From Octopus sinensis (taxonomy: Eukaryota), in assembly GCF_006345805.1 (NCBI RefSeq), contig NC_043000.1:134602001-134666000 (forward strand): DNA of 64,000 nt, written 5' to 3'. Of the stretch, positions 39,461-52,755 are shown one piece after another. The notes under the pieces are model-generated. The model was not told the origin of the DNA. It saw only the letters and a list, made by a program, of their open reading frames with translations, and searched no databases. The position numbers and the translations under genes are program-made. The stretch's first letter is position 1. Every line of letters begins with the position of its first letter.

Positions 39461-39843
39461 GGAAGCACTCCGTCTGTTACGACGACGAGGGTTCCGGTTG
39501 ATCCGAATCAACGGAACAGCCTGCTCGTGAAATTAACGTGTAAGTGGCTGAGCACTCCACAGACACGTGTACCCTTAAAGTAGTTCTCGGGGATATTCAG
39601 CGTGACACAGAGAGTGACAAGGCCGGCCCTTTGAAATACAGGTACAACAGAAACAGGAAGTAAGAGTGAGAGAAAGTTGTGGTGAAAGAGTACAGCAGGG
39701 ATCACCACCATCCCCTGCCGGAGCCTCGTGGAGCTTTAGGTGTTTTCGCTCAATAAACACTCACAACGCCCGGTCTAGGAATCGAAACTGCGATCCTATG
39801 ACCGAGAGTCCACTGCCCTAACCACTGGGCTATTGCACCTCCA
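39461..39843 (-). mobile_element. SINE family C, full length
   Basis: Highly similar to 11632-12000. Confidence 0.9.
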
Positions 39844-40692
39844 TATGTACATATACAATGCACATTAATAAGAAAATTGCTGATAAACTGATGCATCAAG
39901 TAGAAATAACTTTGTGTTATTTATTCTGCCCTATTTGTACAGACACTCTTTTATTACTCTCACCACTGGAAATGCAGTGAACCTATCGTCAGTGACAGAA
40001 CGCTATTATTTACAGCATGTCTGATAAATGAAAAACTATTTAATCATTAAAAAAACAAATATCACTTCCTTGGTTCTTGTGATGGATATTATTGCTATCA
40101 TTGCTCCATACACAAAATGTAAGTAATACCAAGATATAATGAATAAAAAAAAGGCGATACTACTTTGCTTCATTTCCTAGGTATACTTAAAAAAAACATA
40201 CATGATTGAATTAAGTGGGCTCAACATGTCACTCTCATCACCTTAACATCTTAAAAGCTTTGTTTACTATAGAAAAACAATGCAATAAATTTCTTCCTTT
40301 GAACATACTAATATTTCGATATTTCCCTAGCCTGTCATTCCATCTAAACTATGGTATTGGGGAATGTAGACAAATCATTATCAAACTGAATTGAAAATAA
40401 TCAAGAAAATGGCAATAAGGATGGTGCACAAACATTTTGGATAATGGTTGGATAGAAGTACTAAAGAATATATCTGATGTTCTGACTGGGAGGGATTTGC
40501 TTAAAGCCAATGTCTCAATCAGCCAATGACTTGACATATAATAATTATCAAGATTTTAAAAAATTATTTCTTGTGGTTGCTTCTTTTACAAAGTGATTGA
40601 CCCCTTGCAAAGAACATAAATATATGACAGAATGATCCAAGTGTCTACCATGGTAAAAAAAAAACAAAAAAAAATCTCAAAACAATATGTGT

Positions 40693-41320
40693 AGGCATGG
40701 CTATGTGGTTAAGAAGCTAGCTTTGCAACTATGCTGTTTCAGGTTCAGTCCTACTCCATGGCACCTTGGACAAGTGTCTTTTACTATAGTCCCTGGTTTA
40801 TTAATGCCTTGTGAATTTGTTGGGTGAAAACTGTGTAGAAGCCCATTGTATGTATATATATGTGTGTGTGTGTATCAGTGTTTGTCTCCTGGCAGAACGT
40901 TAGCATGCAGAGCGAAACGCGTAGCCGTATTTCGTCTGCCATTACGTTCTGAGTTCAAATTCCGCCGAGGTCGACTTTGCCTTTCATCCTTTCGAGGTCG
41001 ATAAATTAAGTACGAGTTACGTACTGGGGTTGATATAATCGACTTAATCCGTTTGTCTGTCCTTGTTTGTCCCCTCTATGTTTAGCCCCTTGTGGGCAAT
41101 AAAGAAATAAGTGTTTGTCTCCTGACACAGTTTGACAGCAGGTGTTAGTTTGTTTACATCCTTATGACTTAGTGGTTTAACAAAAGAGACTGATAGAATA
41201 AGTACCAGATTCAGAAATAGGTACTGGGGTTGATTTGTTTGACTAAAAGTCTTCAAGGCAGTGCCCCAGCACGGTTGCAGTCCAATGACCAAAACAAGTG
41301 AATGATAAAAGAGTAATTTA
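40693..41320 (+). mobile_element. Old A-like SINE with nested SINE B (40892-41109)
   Basis: 15-bp TSD AGTGTTTGTCTCCTG (40877-40891, 41110-41124). Confidence 0.8.
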
Positions 41321-41350
41321 TTATAATACAAAATGAATTTTATACAAACA

Positions 41351-41588
41351 CTCTTTTACTCTTTTACTTGTTTCAGTCATTTGACTGCGGCCATGCTGGA
41401 GCACCGCCATTTGTCGAGCAAATCGACCCCAGGACTTATTCTTTGTAAGCCTAGTACTTATTCTATCAGTCTCTTTTGCCGAACCACTAAGTTACGGGGA
41501 CGTAAACGCACCAGCATTGGTTGTCAAGTGATGTTGGGGGGACAAACACAGATACACAAACATATACACACATACAAATATATATATA

Positions 41589-41653
<65 letters not shown>

Positions 41654-41814
41654 TATGACGGGCTTCTTTCAGTTTCCGTCTACCAAATCCACTCACAAGG
41701 CTTTGGTCGGCCTGAGGCTATAGTAGAAGACACTTGCCCAAGGTGCCACACAGTGGGACTGAACCTGGAACCATGTGGTTAGTAAGCAAGCTACTTACCA
41801 CACAGCCACTCTTG
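41351..41814 (-). mobile_element. SINE family A
   Basis: Full reverse copy with internal (TA)n expansion. Confidence 0.88.
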
Positions 41815-42344
41815 TATGTTCAGTTGCTGATCAATAAAAAAAATTTCATTTGATGATGCAAATTAGAATTAAAATAACTATAGTCACAACTAAACAGATG
41901 TGACCAAATTATGATTAAAAGATTGGATGACATACAAATCCCCACTAAATTTTTTTATCTTGTTCCATTCTTATTTCAATTCCTTCTATTTTCTAAAAGA
42001 AATTTCTTGAACTTTTTTCCTTAAATAACATTTTATTCTTACTATCTGTTATTTTCCTCTATTCAAGTTATTTAAAAAATTTTCTTTCAAAAGCAGTTGT
42101 TCTGAAAAATGGTTAGACTAAAACCATTACCTTTGTAATTGTCTAACACTCTTTACTTGTGCTTTTATTGATTGTAAAAGAAAATTCTGTCCATTAATAA
42201 AAGAACTAAATTCTGGTTCAGTGGTTAAAAGAGTTTGTCTAACTTTAATTATTTATTGCGATTGAACAGACTGTAAAAAATACTAGATGAAGTTGATTTT
42301 TTAAATACCAAATGCACCACTACTCAGGATAACCTGCCTTCCCT

Positions 42345-42770
42345 CCTCCTCCTCCTCATCTCCATCCTCCTCCACCTCCTCCTCATCTTCATCCTCCTCC
42401 ACCTCCTCCTCATCTCCATCCTCCTCCACCTCCTCCTCATTTTCATCCTCCTCAACATCCTCCTCCTCCTCTCCTCTCCTTATCTCCTCCTCCTCCTCTC
42501 CCCTCCTTATCTCCTCCTCCTCTCCTCCTCTTCCTCCCTCCTTCTCCTTCCTCTCCTCTTCACCATCATCACCATCCTCCACTTCCTTTCTTCCCTCCCT
42601 TCCCCTCTTTGTCATTGTCATCATCGTCGTCGTCATCATCATCATCATCATCACACTACCATCATTACTATCATCATCCCCGTTACCATCATCTTTGTTG
42701 TCATTGTCAACATCACCACCCACACCACCCACCATCATCATCACTATCATCGTCATCTGCAACAGTAGCA
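42345..42770. repeat. CT/CAT-rich low-complexity tract
   Basis: Direct reading. Confidence 0.9.
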
Positions 42771-42774
42771 TTTC

Positions 42775-43517
42775 ATATCTGTTTTGCAATGTTTTCCCAT
42801 GAACTGGGCACGTTTTTCTCCAGTAGAGCTGTTGCAATCTTTTTGTAATCTCCTTTGCAAAGCTCAATCTCCTTAGGTTAACTTTCACCACGTCTCATGT
42901 ATTCATTCTTTCCATTTGGATTGCTCGGCACTTCTTTATCCAGCTGTTTACCCTCCATACTCATCCACATGTCTGTTCTATCTGAGCTTTCTAGCACACC
43001 TCACCTAATTCCTCTTAGACCCAGTCATTCTATCAACTCATTTATACTCTGTTGTTCAAACATGCTGATATTACACACCTAGCACAACATACTCATATCA
43101 TTTCTTTTCATCCTTTGTATATATCCTTTGCATTCAACAACCATGCTTTGCTAACATGTGATATCGACACTTTATCTTCCCACTCTTCCTCTGGCCACTA
43201 TGTTTCTCTGCTTTGCTTATCCAGGTTCGCAAATTGATGAGTTTGGCTTTCTTCTTTTTGCAGAGGGCTATCCTCTGTAAAGTCTCTGCTGTTTGCTTTC
43301 CTTCTTCAAAATCTCTTCACAAGCATCCTTTCATGGTGTTTTCGTTTCCAACTATGCCTACTCCACTAATGCATCTTTTTTCAATGAGAAATGGGGTTGA
43401 GTGGTTGGGGCAACCCAAGAAAAATTTGTCTTCATCATTACAAGGCAAGCCCTCTGATGGACACCTCAAGGTAGGTACAACCATGGAAAATGATGGTGAT
43501 GGTGATGATGGTGATGG

Positions 43518-43566
<49 letters not shown>

Positions 43567-44810
43567 GGTGGTGGTGGTAGTGGTGGTGGTGGTAGTGATG
43601 ATGATGATGATGGAAGTAGATTTCAGAACATCTACTTCCATTGCCAATTACATAAGCTACATCTAAGCATTTGAAAGAATTTATTCCATGAATCCTCTTA
43701 CTGCTAAATACTTCTGAACATCTACCACATACAAAGTCCTTCTCTGTCAGCTTGCCTGTGATAACACATCATCTCTTGTGTACTCATAATTAACATTGAG
43801 AATGCAGTAGAAAAAAATCCTTATCTTTTCTGCTTCTTTAGCTTGATCACTTCCAGATGATGTCTCCTTTCCTGTTACCTAAAACTTTTGTCTTTACTGG
43901 GTCTACTTTAATCCTTTAGCATTCAGATTATTCTGTCAAATGCGATGCTTATTTACTCTTACTCTTTACTTGTTTCAGCCATTTGACTGCGGCCATGCTG
44001 GAGCACCGCCTTTAGTCGAGCAAATCGACTCCGGGACTTATTCTTTGTAAGCCCAGTACTTATTCTATCAGTCTCTTTTGCCGAACCGCTAAGTGACGGG
44101 GACGTAAACACACCAGCATCGGTTGTCAAGCAATGCTAGGGGGACAAACACAGACACACAAACACACACATACATATATATACATATATACGACAGGCTT
44201 CTTTCAGTTTCCGTCTACCAAATCCACTCACAAGGCATTGGTCGGCCTGCAGCTATAGCAGAAGACACTTGCCCAAGATGCCACACAGTGGGACTGAACC
44301 CAGAACCATGTGGTTGGTAAACAAGCTGCTTACCACACAGCCACTCCTGCGCCTTTTTTTTTATTCACATTCATTTGAATTCATCAATTCATCATATATT
44401 GTCTCATAACTTCAAAATTTCAGTGATGTGATTATTCTTAAGTGACATCATAAAGTAGGTGTAAGAGGCTAGATCTGGCTGGTTTGAACATAAAACAGAT
44501 AGGATATTTGAGCAGGATGTGACTGGTTTAAATGCTAAATCATTTAGATATCTTCATTCCAGTGTTTGCTTCTACATTTGGAATCTTTTCTTGAATTCTT
44601 GGAAAGAGTCAGCTATGAGAACTAGCTATGAGAACATCATTATCGTACAAAAGTTCCTAAGGACAGCTAGTCTTAAACTTCTTATTTAGTGCCTAGACAG
44701 CCTACAATAAACAGGATCAGACTGAACTTCATTGCTGAACTTATTGTTGACTCTTATCTTGTTGATAAGATCCCTGCACATGGTCTGAATTACAAGTTAT
44801 AAAATGAATA
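42775..44810 (-). pseudogene. Old RTE LINE relic (RT C-terminal half), interrupted by insertions
   Basis: Decayed matches to EFKTSCP.ELLY, KTKVL, FVCGRC and C-terminal motifs of the young RTE. Confidence 0.6.
43955..44353 (-). mobile_element. SINE family A, full length
   Basis: Reverse copy. Confidence 0.9.
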
Positions 44811-44831
44811 CCATGTATATTATTAAACCCC

Positions 44832-45272
44832 GTTTCTCTGCTTTGCTTATCCAGGTTTGCAAATTGATAAGTTTGGCTTTCTTCTTTTTGCAGAGGGCTA
44901 ACCTCTGCAAAGTCTCTGCTGTTTGGTTCCCTTCTTCAAAATCTCTTCACAAGCATCCTTTCATACTGTTTTCATTTCCAACTATGTCTGCTCCACTAAT
45001 GCATCTTTCTCAATGAGAAATGGGGCTGAGTGGATGGGACAACCCAGGAGAAATCTGTTTTCATTATTACAAGGCAAGCCCTCTTGATAGACACCCCAAG
45101 GGAGGTACAAGCATGGAAAATCAAAAACAACATAGAGTGGGTCTACAGAAACTGAAGCACTGGCAGGCAGCTACACCAGGGGACCACTGCAAACTATTGC
45201 CAAAGACCAAGGCAGATGGAGATCTCTCGGTGCCCTAAACTCCACATAGAGCTAAAAGAATTAAGAAGAAGA
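44832..45272 (+). mobile_element. Non-LTR fragment; first 290 bp also present at 43203-43490
   Basis: Two related copies; 3' end ...agatggagatctctcggtgccctaaactccac...(aag)n resembles RTE-X-like tails. Confidence 0.45.
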
Positions 45273-45302
45273 AATTATCAGAATTAATTCTTACAATTAT
45301 AT

Positions 45303-45525
45303 GGAGGCATATGGCTTAGTGGTTAGGGTATTGGACTCATGATCGTAAGATTGTGATTTCAATTCCTGGATTGGGCAATGCATTGTGTTCTTGGGCAAAA
45401 CACTTCATTTCACGTTGGTCCAGTTCACTCAGCTGGTAAAAATGAGTAACCCTGCAATGAACTAGCATCCCATCCAGGTAGGAATATATATGCCAGAGAA
45501 ACTGGGAAACTGACCCTATGCTTCT
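45303..45525 (+). mobile_element. C-related SINE variant
   Basis: tRNA-like head TGGCTTAGTGG... Confidence 0.6.
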
Positions 45526-45577
45526 TACAGAGGAATGTGGATTAACCATCCTTACAACCATACAAATGGCATCTTAA

Positions 45578-46001
45578 CCCTTTCGTTACCAACCCGGCTG
45601 AAACCGGCTCTGGCTCTAAATACAAATGTCTTGTTTTCAAAAGTTTTGAATTAAAATCTTCCACCAAACCTTAGACACAATTTATGTTCCTGACACTAGC
45701 TGAATGATAACTAAGTTATTTCATTAAATTCTTTGTTATCATCATCATCATTTAGCATCCACTTTCCATGGGTTGGACGGTTCAACTGGGGTCTGTGAAG
45801 CCAGAAGGCAACATCAGGCCCAGTCTGATCTGGCAGTGTTTCTACGGCTGGATGCCCTTCCTAACACCAACCACTCAGTGAGTGTAGTGGGTGCTTTTTA
45901 CGTGCCACCCACACAGGTGCCAGACAGAGCTGGCAAACGGCCACGGACGGATGGTGCTTTGAAATACAAAGCACCTCAAAATAAATACAGTAACAAAAGG
46001 G
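45578..46001. mobile_element. piggyBac-type MITE with nested family D fragment (about 45735-45960)
   Basis: TTAA|CCCTTTCGTTAC...GTAACAAAAGGG|TTAA. Confidence 0.7.
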
Positions 46002-46587
46002 TTAAACTTAATCAAAGGAAATATTATTCTCATGAAAATCAATCTCTTCATTATGATCTTCCCTTAAATTACTTATCAATCTTCAAATTGTTACCCACCC
46101 CCATCAAAACATTATATTTCAATTCTTAGCTGTTCTGTCTTTGTCAAGTCTAGTTCTTTGCCCAAAAGTCAACATAATACCAGTGATGGGATACAAACTC
46201 TAACAATATAACTATCACCTTATCCACACAGCCATTATAATTTCTCAAGCTTTGATGTATTTTTCAATAATTGTTGCTTTTTTATTTTTTAAATTTGTAT
46301 TTCTCAGTTCATTACTTCTGTGTCAATGTCAACTTGAACCAAGCTCGTTGACACAATTCAGTGACAATAACAGTAGCAACAGTAGTAGAAGCAACAATGC
46401 CCCCACCACCACCAAACCACCACCGCCACCACCACCACCACCACCACCATTAGGACTACTACTACAACTGCTGAAATTTCATTCCAATTTCCTAACATGC
46501 AAAATCAAATACATTGCAATGGAAATAATTCAAATTCATAAAAATATATATAAAAAAAAAAATCAAATATTGGAGAGAAGGAGAGAA

Positions 46588-46643
<56 letters not shown>

Positions 46644-47100
46644 AGAAGGGGTAAAGAGAGAGGCAACTAAATCACATTTCAGTTGGAAAGGGAAAGAATG
46701 GAAGTGATTTGGAATAGACTTTTAATAAGAGATTTAACCTTTCAAGCCATGGAGAGCTTATTAATGGATATAGCTGATCTTTTCCCAATGATATCATGTT
46801 AGGAACATTGAAGAGGAAATCCCACCAACTCCACTAAAAGATGAGATGCTAAGATGACTGTTACTGGATGTCTATAGTTTAGGTGGAATTGATGGCACTA
46901 CTTGCTCCTTTAAGTACTGCTTGTTTCAGAACTAATAGCTTATTTTCAAAGTGATGTCAGAATTTAAGGGCTTTGTCAAATGGAAGATGGATCGAGAAGA
47001 TTTTGCTAATACACTATCATATATGTTACAAACTGGTAGAAAATACTGATGTGTGACGTTGTCACCAGGCCCTTAACTTTTGAATGATACACCTTTATCT

Positions 47101-47500
47101 TATTTCTTTATTGCCCACAAGGGGTTAAGCATAGAGGGGGACAAACAAGGACAGACAAAGGGATTAAGTCGATTACATCAACCCCAGTGCGTAACTGGTA
47201 CTTAATTTATTGATCCCGAAAGGATGAAAGGCAAAGTCGACCTCGGCGGATTTTGAACTCAGAATGTAACAGCAGACGAAATACCTATTTCTTTACTACC
47301 CACGAGGGGCTAAACACAGGGAGGACAAACAAGGACAGGCAAGCGGATCAAGGCGATTATATCGACCCCAGTGCGTAACTGGTACTTATTTAATCGACCC
47401 TGAAAGGATGAAAGGCGAAGTCAACCTCGGTGGAATTTGAACTCAGAACATAACGGCAGACGAAATACCACTAAACATTTTGCCCGGCATGCTAACGTTT
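47101..47500 (-). mobile_element. SINE family B dimer
   Basis: Junction gacgaaatac|ctatttcttt near 47283. Confidence 0.8.
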
Positions 47501-47504
47501 CTTC

Positions 47505-47940
47505 TTCATCATTTAGCACCTGTTTTCCATGCTGGCATGAGTTTGACAATTTGACTGGAGCTGGTACTCTGGAGAGCTGCACCAGGTTCCAGTCTGTTTT
47601 GGCTTGGTTCTTATCACTAGATGTCATTCCTAATGCTAATAACTCCACAGATGTACCAGGTGCCTATTATGTATCACTGGCATGAGTGCCTTTTACAAGT
47701 GCCTTTTATGGGTGCCTTTTACAGGTGCTTTTTACAGGTGCCTTTTACAAGTACCTTTTACGGGTGCCTTTTACAGGTACCTTTTACGCATCACCAGCAT
47801 GGGTACCTTTTACATGTCCCTGGCATGAGTGCCTTTTACATGTCACCAGCATGGGTGCCTTCTATGTCTCCCTGGCACAAGTGCCTTTTATGGGTGCCTT
47901 TTACGTGTCACTGGCATGAGTGCCTTTTATGCATTACTAG
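47505..47940 (-). mobile_element. Family D relic carrying a 13/26-bp minisatellite (47687-47932)
   Basis: GTGCCTTTTACAG-type units. Confidence 0.65.
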
Positions 47941-48360
47941 ATGTGTCTTCTCAAACACTAGTACTGTACTGATCAATCCTGAAAAGAAGACTGGCAAAGC
48001 TGATCCCAGGATATATCTAAGTATTATAAATTATCTAACTTGACACTCTTCCAATTCTGCTCTCCATGACACTCCGAGTCTTTATGTTCAACCAGCCAGA
48101 AATAGCCGTCAAATTTCCACTGTAGTGATTTTTACCATTATTAGCTTTCTAGAAGTTTCTCTATCTACATACATTAGCTGTAGAAACATCAATTACAGCT
48201 AAAACTGGAATGTTAAACTTAATCTTAGTTAAATTTATTCCAAGAATAAAACCTGCTCCAAAAGATGAATCAGCCTAACAAAATCAGCTCAAATCTTTCC
48301 ATTAGCTATACTTACCAATGAGCTTAGCTTAGCAAATACTTGGCAAACTATTCTCTATAG

Positions 48361-50926
48361 CAGGAGTGTCAAACATATGGCCTGTGGGTCGGAACTGGCC
48401 TACTGCAGGGTCTCATCCGGCCTGTGAGATGACTTTGAAAAGTATAAAAATTATATTATATACTTACTGTTATGGGGAAAAAGCAGGTGTTGTCACACAG
48501 CTCAGAGAGAAAGTACAGACTGCAAATGGAGGATGTGATTTTTGGATATTTCACTGCATTTTGCACCAGGTGGCATTGTGTTGCAAGCTGTTCAAAATGG
48601 ATCACATCATTGTGAATGTTGATTGTTTGAGTATGACTGATGATAGAGTCAATGATTCAATTTCTAATAGAAAAACTCCCTTCAATTATTTAAAGATTTG
48701 TTTAAATATTGTATTGGAATAAATATGCTTTTTTGAAATTAATTCAATGACTAACGTGTTTTCTTTTTTCAGGTCAACATTTTTCTGTTTTACCTTACCC
48801 AAAATGTCTTTGTCAAAAAAGAGAAGAGTGGATACAGAGTGTAGATTATTTCAAGAAAACTGGTCTTTTTCCTATTTATTCATGGAGGTGAATGGGTAAC
48901 CCGTGTGCTTGGTGTGTTTGCAGCAGGTTTCAGTGCTCAAAGGATATAACATTTGGTGCCACTATGAGACTCATCATGCCAACAAATAAAATAACTTGCA
49001 AGGACAAATGAGAAGAGAGAAGGCAAATAAATTGTTAGTAGATCTGAAGAAACAACAGTCTGCTTTAACCCAATGTTGAGATATCCATCAGGTATCAGTA
49101 ATAGCTAGCTACCTTGTTGCTAGAGAATTAGCATTAGCATCAAAGCCATACTGTGAGGATGAGTTCGTGAAGCATGCATACTGAAGGCTTCAGAAACTGT
49201 ATGCCCTGAGAAGTGACAGACTTTTGCCAATATGCCGGATGAGAAACACTGTGGCAGATAGGATTTCTGATCTTTCTGCAGATTTGGACAGGCAACTGAA
49301 GCACAAAGTCAAGTCATTTATTACATTTTCAGTGGCAATTGATGGGAGCACAGACATTATGGATGTTGTGCAACTTGCCATATTTGTTTGTGGTGTAGAC
49401 GAGACTTTGACTATCACCAAGGAGTTCCTGGAGTTGGTTCCTATGATGGACACCACAACAGCAAATGACATTTTCATGTTTCTCATTGGAGTCCTGGACA
49501 GGGCTGGAGTGGACTGGGCCCATGCTATCAGTGTGGCTATAGATGGCGCTCTATCAATGATGGGGAAAAAGCAGGTGTTGTGACACAGCTCAGAGAGAAA
49601 GTACAGACTGCAAATGGAGGATGTGATTTTTGGATATTTCACTGCATTTTGCACCAGGCGCATTGTGTTGCAAGCTGTTCAAAATGGATCACATCATGGA
49701 AGTGGTTGTCCAAACTGTTAATTCCATCCAAACTAGGGGTCTGAATCACTGTCAGTTTAACAATTTTCTCAGCAATATAGGCATTACATATGGCTTGCCA
49801 TATCACACCAAGGGAAGGTGGTTAAGTCAAGGTGCCATGTTGAAACGTTTCTTTAATCCACAAGACAAAATTGAATAGTTCATGAAGAAAAAAGCAAACC
49901 GGTGTTAGAATTTCAATCACCAGAATGGCTGCATGATTTAGCATTCATCGTGGATATTACAGAGCACTTGAATAATCTAAACAAAATGCTGCAAGGCCAT
50001 AAAAATGTTGTCACACAATATTTTCAAAGCATATACGTGTTCAAATTGAAGCTAACTTTGTGGGAGACACAACTGTCAGGTGGTGACCCTGCTAATTTTT
50101 CTTGTCTAAAAGATGTGGTTGCGACCACAGATGATGTTGACATGAATTGGTACAAAGACAATATCGTGGGGTTGTTGTGAGAGTTTGAGCAACGGTTTCA
50201 GATTTTTGATGAACTTGAGACAGATTTCACAGTTTTTCACTTGCTGTTTACAGTCAAAGCCTCTGATCTGCCCATCAACATCCAACTTGAAATTATTGAC
50301 TTGCGGTGGGATTCAAATTTGAAGAACTAATTTATATTGGTGGGCATGGACACATCAGTATCTCTTGCCAAAGTACTCCAAATTGATAACCCTTGCTGTG
50401 AAAGTTTTGTGTATGTTTGGGACGTCCTACCTTTGTGAACAAGTTTTCTCTCTAATGAACATGAATAAAACAAAGCTGCACTCAACGCTCACTCATAAGC
50501 ACCTAAATGACATCCTGAAATTGGCTGCTACTCAGGATTTGACACCTGAAGTTGATGTGCTTGTGAAGGAGAAAACATGCCAAGTTTCAGGAATATATTG
50601 AAATGATAAAATATAACAAAAATGTTTTTAAATGTTTTTCAAAGTCTTCTTTTTTTAAATTTATAAATTGTATACATTTACAAGGCAGTGTGATAACTTG
50701 GTCTTCTTTAACAGTTCCCTCTTTTACTTATTCAATGTTTTGCAAAAAAGAATTCTTCTTTAAATATGAACATTTTCAGAATGTACTATTTTTACACTGA
50801 AACAAAGAGAAAATTTTGAAATTGCCATTTATAGATTCTTATGCCATGATTTTACTGTTCTGCCCTGCTTGAGATCAAATTGGGTTGGTATGTGGCCCGT
50901 GAACTAAAATGAGTTTGATACCTCTG
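48361..50926 (+). mobile_element. hAT DNA transposon (Charlie/SPIN-like), decayed
   Basis: TIR CAGGAGTGTCAAAC / GTTTGATACCTCTG; 8-bp TSD ctctatag/ccctagag. Confidence 0.85.
48804..50601 (+). pseudogene. hAT transposase pseudogene (GTF2IRD2/SPIN-like)
   Basis: MSLSKKRRVDTEC...PVCLVC; SVAIDGSTDI.DVVQLAIF; HCILHQ; WLHDLAFIVDITEHLN; MFGTSYLCEQVFS; multiple stops and frameshifts. Confidence 0.85.
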
Positions 50927-51515
50927 CCCTAGAGCTTACCATTAGTTATTTAACAAAGCCCATTTCTCAGAACTGATCAGAGAAATACCAGTTGCCTTAG
51001 CTAGTAGTTGCTTCATTAACCTGTGTTAATAGAACACACATACACATTGTTTCTTACTCTCTCTGTTGCTCAGTCTCTCTCTGTTACTCACCCTCTCTAT
51101 TACTCATTCTCACTCTCTGTTGTTGCTCACTCCCTCTTTTTTGCTTACACACACACTCTCTCTCTGTGTTGCTCATTCTCTCTTACTTTCTATCATTGCC
51201 TTGATTGACCAGCTAAGATCCCACAAGAACTCACACTCCTTCACCAGTTTAATCTCTGTTGGGCCATGCAAAAAATTAGTCACAATTATGTTTAGGTATA
51301 GTGAACTTATTATTTTTCTTTCTTTCTTTGCATACACTTGTAACTATTTTTAACTTAACTTCTCACAGCTTGGAAACGATACACAACTCTTTTTCCCTGA
51401 AAACAAAACAAAACAAAACAAAAAAAAACAAAAAAAACAGCAACAACAGCTTCAGAACTTTTGCCTGTATTCTGAAATACAACTGTCTCATAACCTATTG
51501 AGGAGAGAAAGAGAA

Positions 51516-51566
<51 letters not shown>

Positions 51567-52039
51567 AAGAGATTGTGTTTGAAGGAGAGAGACAGAGTGA
51601 GTAAGAGATAGATTCTTTTGATAATACAGTATGAAAATGTCCATATTGAATATGCATCAATTGTATTTCAGCTAACATGTCTTTTCTTCCATGTATAAGT
51701 CAAATTGTTTCATGGAACTGAAGTATTGTTCTCTCTCGCATTATGACATTATGAAAAGAACATTCCTTCTTTTTCTTGTTGTATTCCACCGGGACGCATG
51801 TCTGATATGATCTGTCTTTTAATAAACAATAAAATATATTGTTGATTTACAATACTGACAGCTTCTGTCTTGACTTCTTTTCAGAATTCTATTAATATTA
51901 TTACTTGTTAAACCCTTAATCCATGCTTGATTGTTTCAATAAAAAACAGGAAAGGACACATTAGACAATGCAGTTCTGCATGTACAGTGTCTTTTCAAAA
52001 GAAATAGGATTCTTATTGTCTTTATCTTTTATCTTTTAA

Positions 52040-52432
52040 CTAGCAGTATTGCCCAGCGTTGCTCAGGTTTGTTTCGACCCTTTAGAATTGGAATTTTTTA
52101 AAAGTAAAAAATTTGCATTATGTAGCTTGTTATTCTCTTTAAGTGAACATTTTTCTGGTTGAAATACACCGAAAAATGGTGACACAGCAGTAAAAAAAAT
52201 CATAAAAAATAGGGATTGACATAGAAAAAAAGCACCTTTTTGATGTAAATAATTTTTGGTCTTAACATGGTCCGATTTGAATTTTATCTTCTACAGAATA
52301 AAGAGCAAGCCTTCTTCTATCATACTCTCAATTTTGGTCAACTTGCGCCGCAGGGTCTCGCAGGAGATAGTGTTAGTTGAAGGCTACCAAACCTGCCATA
52401 CACAGACAACTTCAGCTTTATATAGATATAGA
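52040..52432 (-). mobile_element. Non-autonomous Helitron with different interior
   Basis: Shares the hairpin-CTAG 3' end with 13224; TC 5' end near 52432. Confidence 0.65.
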
Positions 52433-52678
52433 TTGTTTCAGTCACTGGACTGTAGTCATGCTGGGACACTACTTTTGAAGGGTTTAGCAAAACAAATCGA
52501 ACCCAGCACTTATTCTTAAGTCTGGTACTTATTCTATTAGTATCTTTTGGCTAACTGCTAAGTTATGAGGATGTAAGCTACCTAACACCAGTTAAGTAGT
52601 GGTGGAGGACAAATACGCACACACGCACAAACACAAAAATCGAAGTGTACAGTGTCACATATCCTTTTCAGTTGATGT

Positions 52679-52755
52679 TACCAATCGGTTTCACACTAGG
52701 GGTTAAATGGGATGTTAGGTAAGAGTCTGATTATGTAACATTGTGTTCGTCAGGG
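52679..52755 (-). ncRNA. Hammerhead ribozyme-like motif, canonical core, damaged stem III
   Basis: Minus strand: acc CTGACGA acac-[46 nt]-gtgt GAAA ccga TT ggt. Confidence 0.5.

Noticed and set aside
42301-42891. 196-aa Glu/Asp-rich ORF
   Set aside because: Translation of a CT/CAT simple repeat joined to the RTE relic
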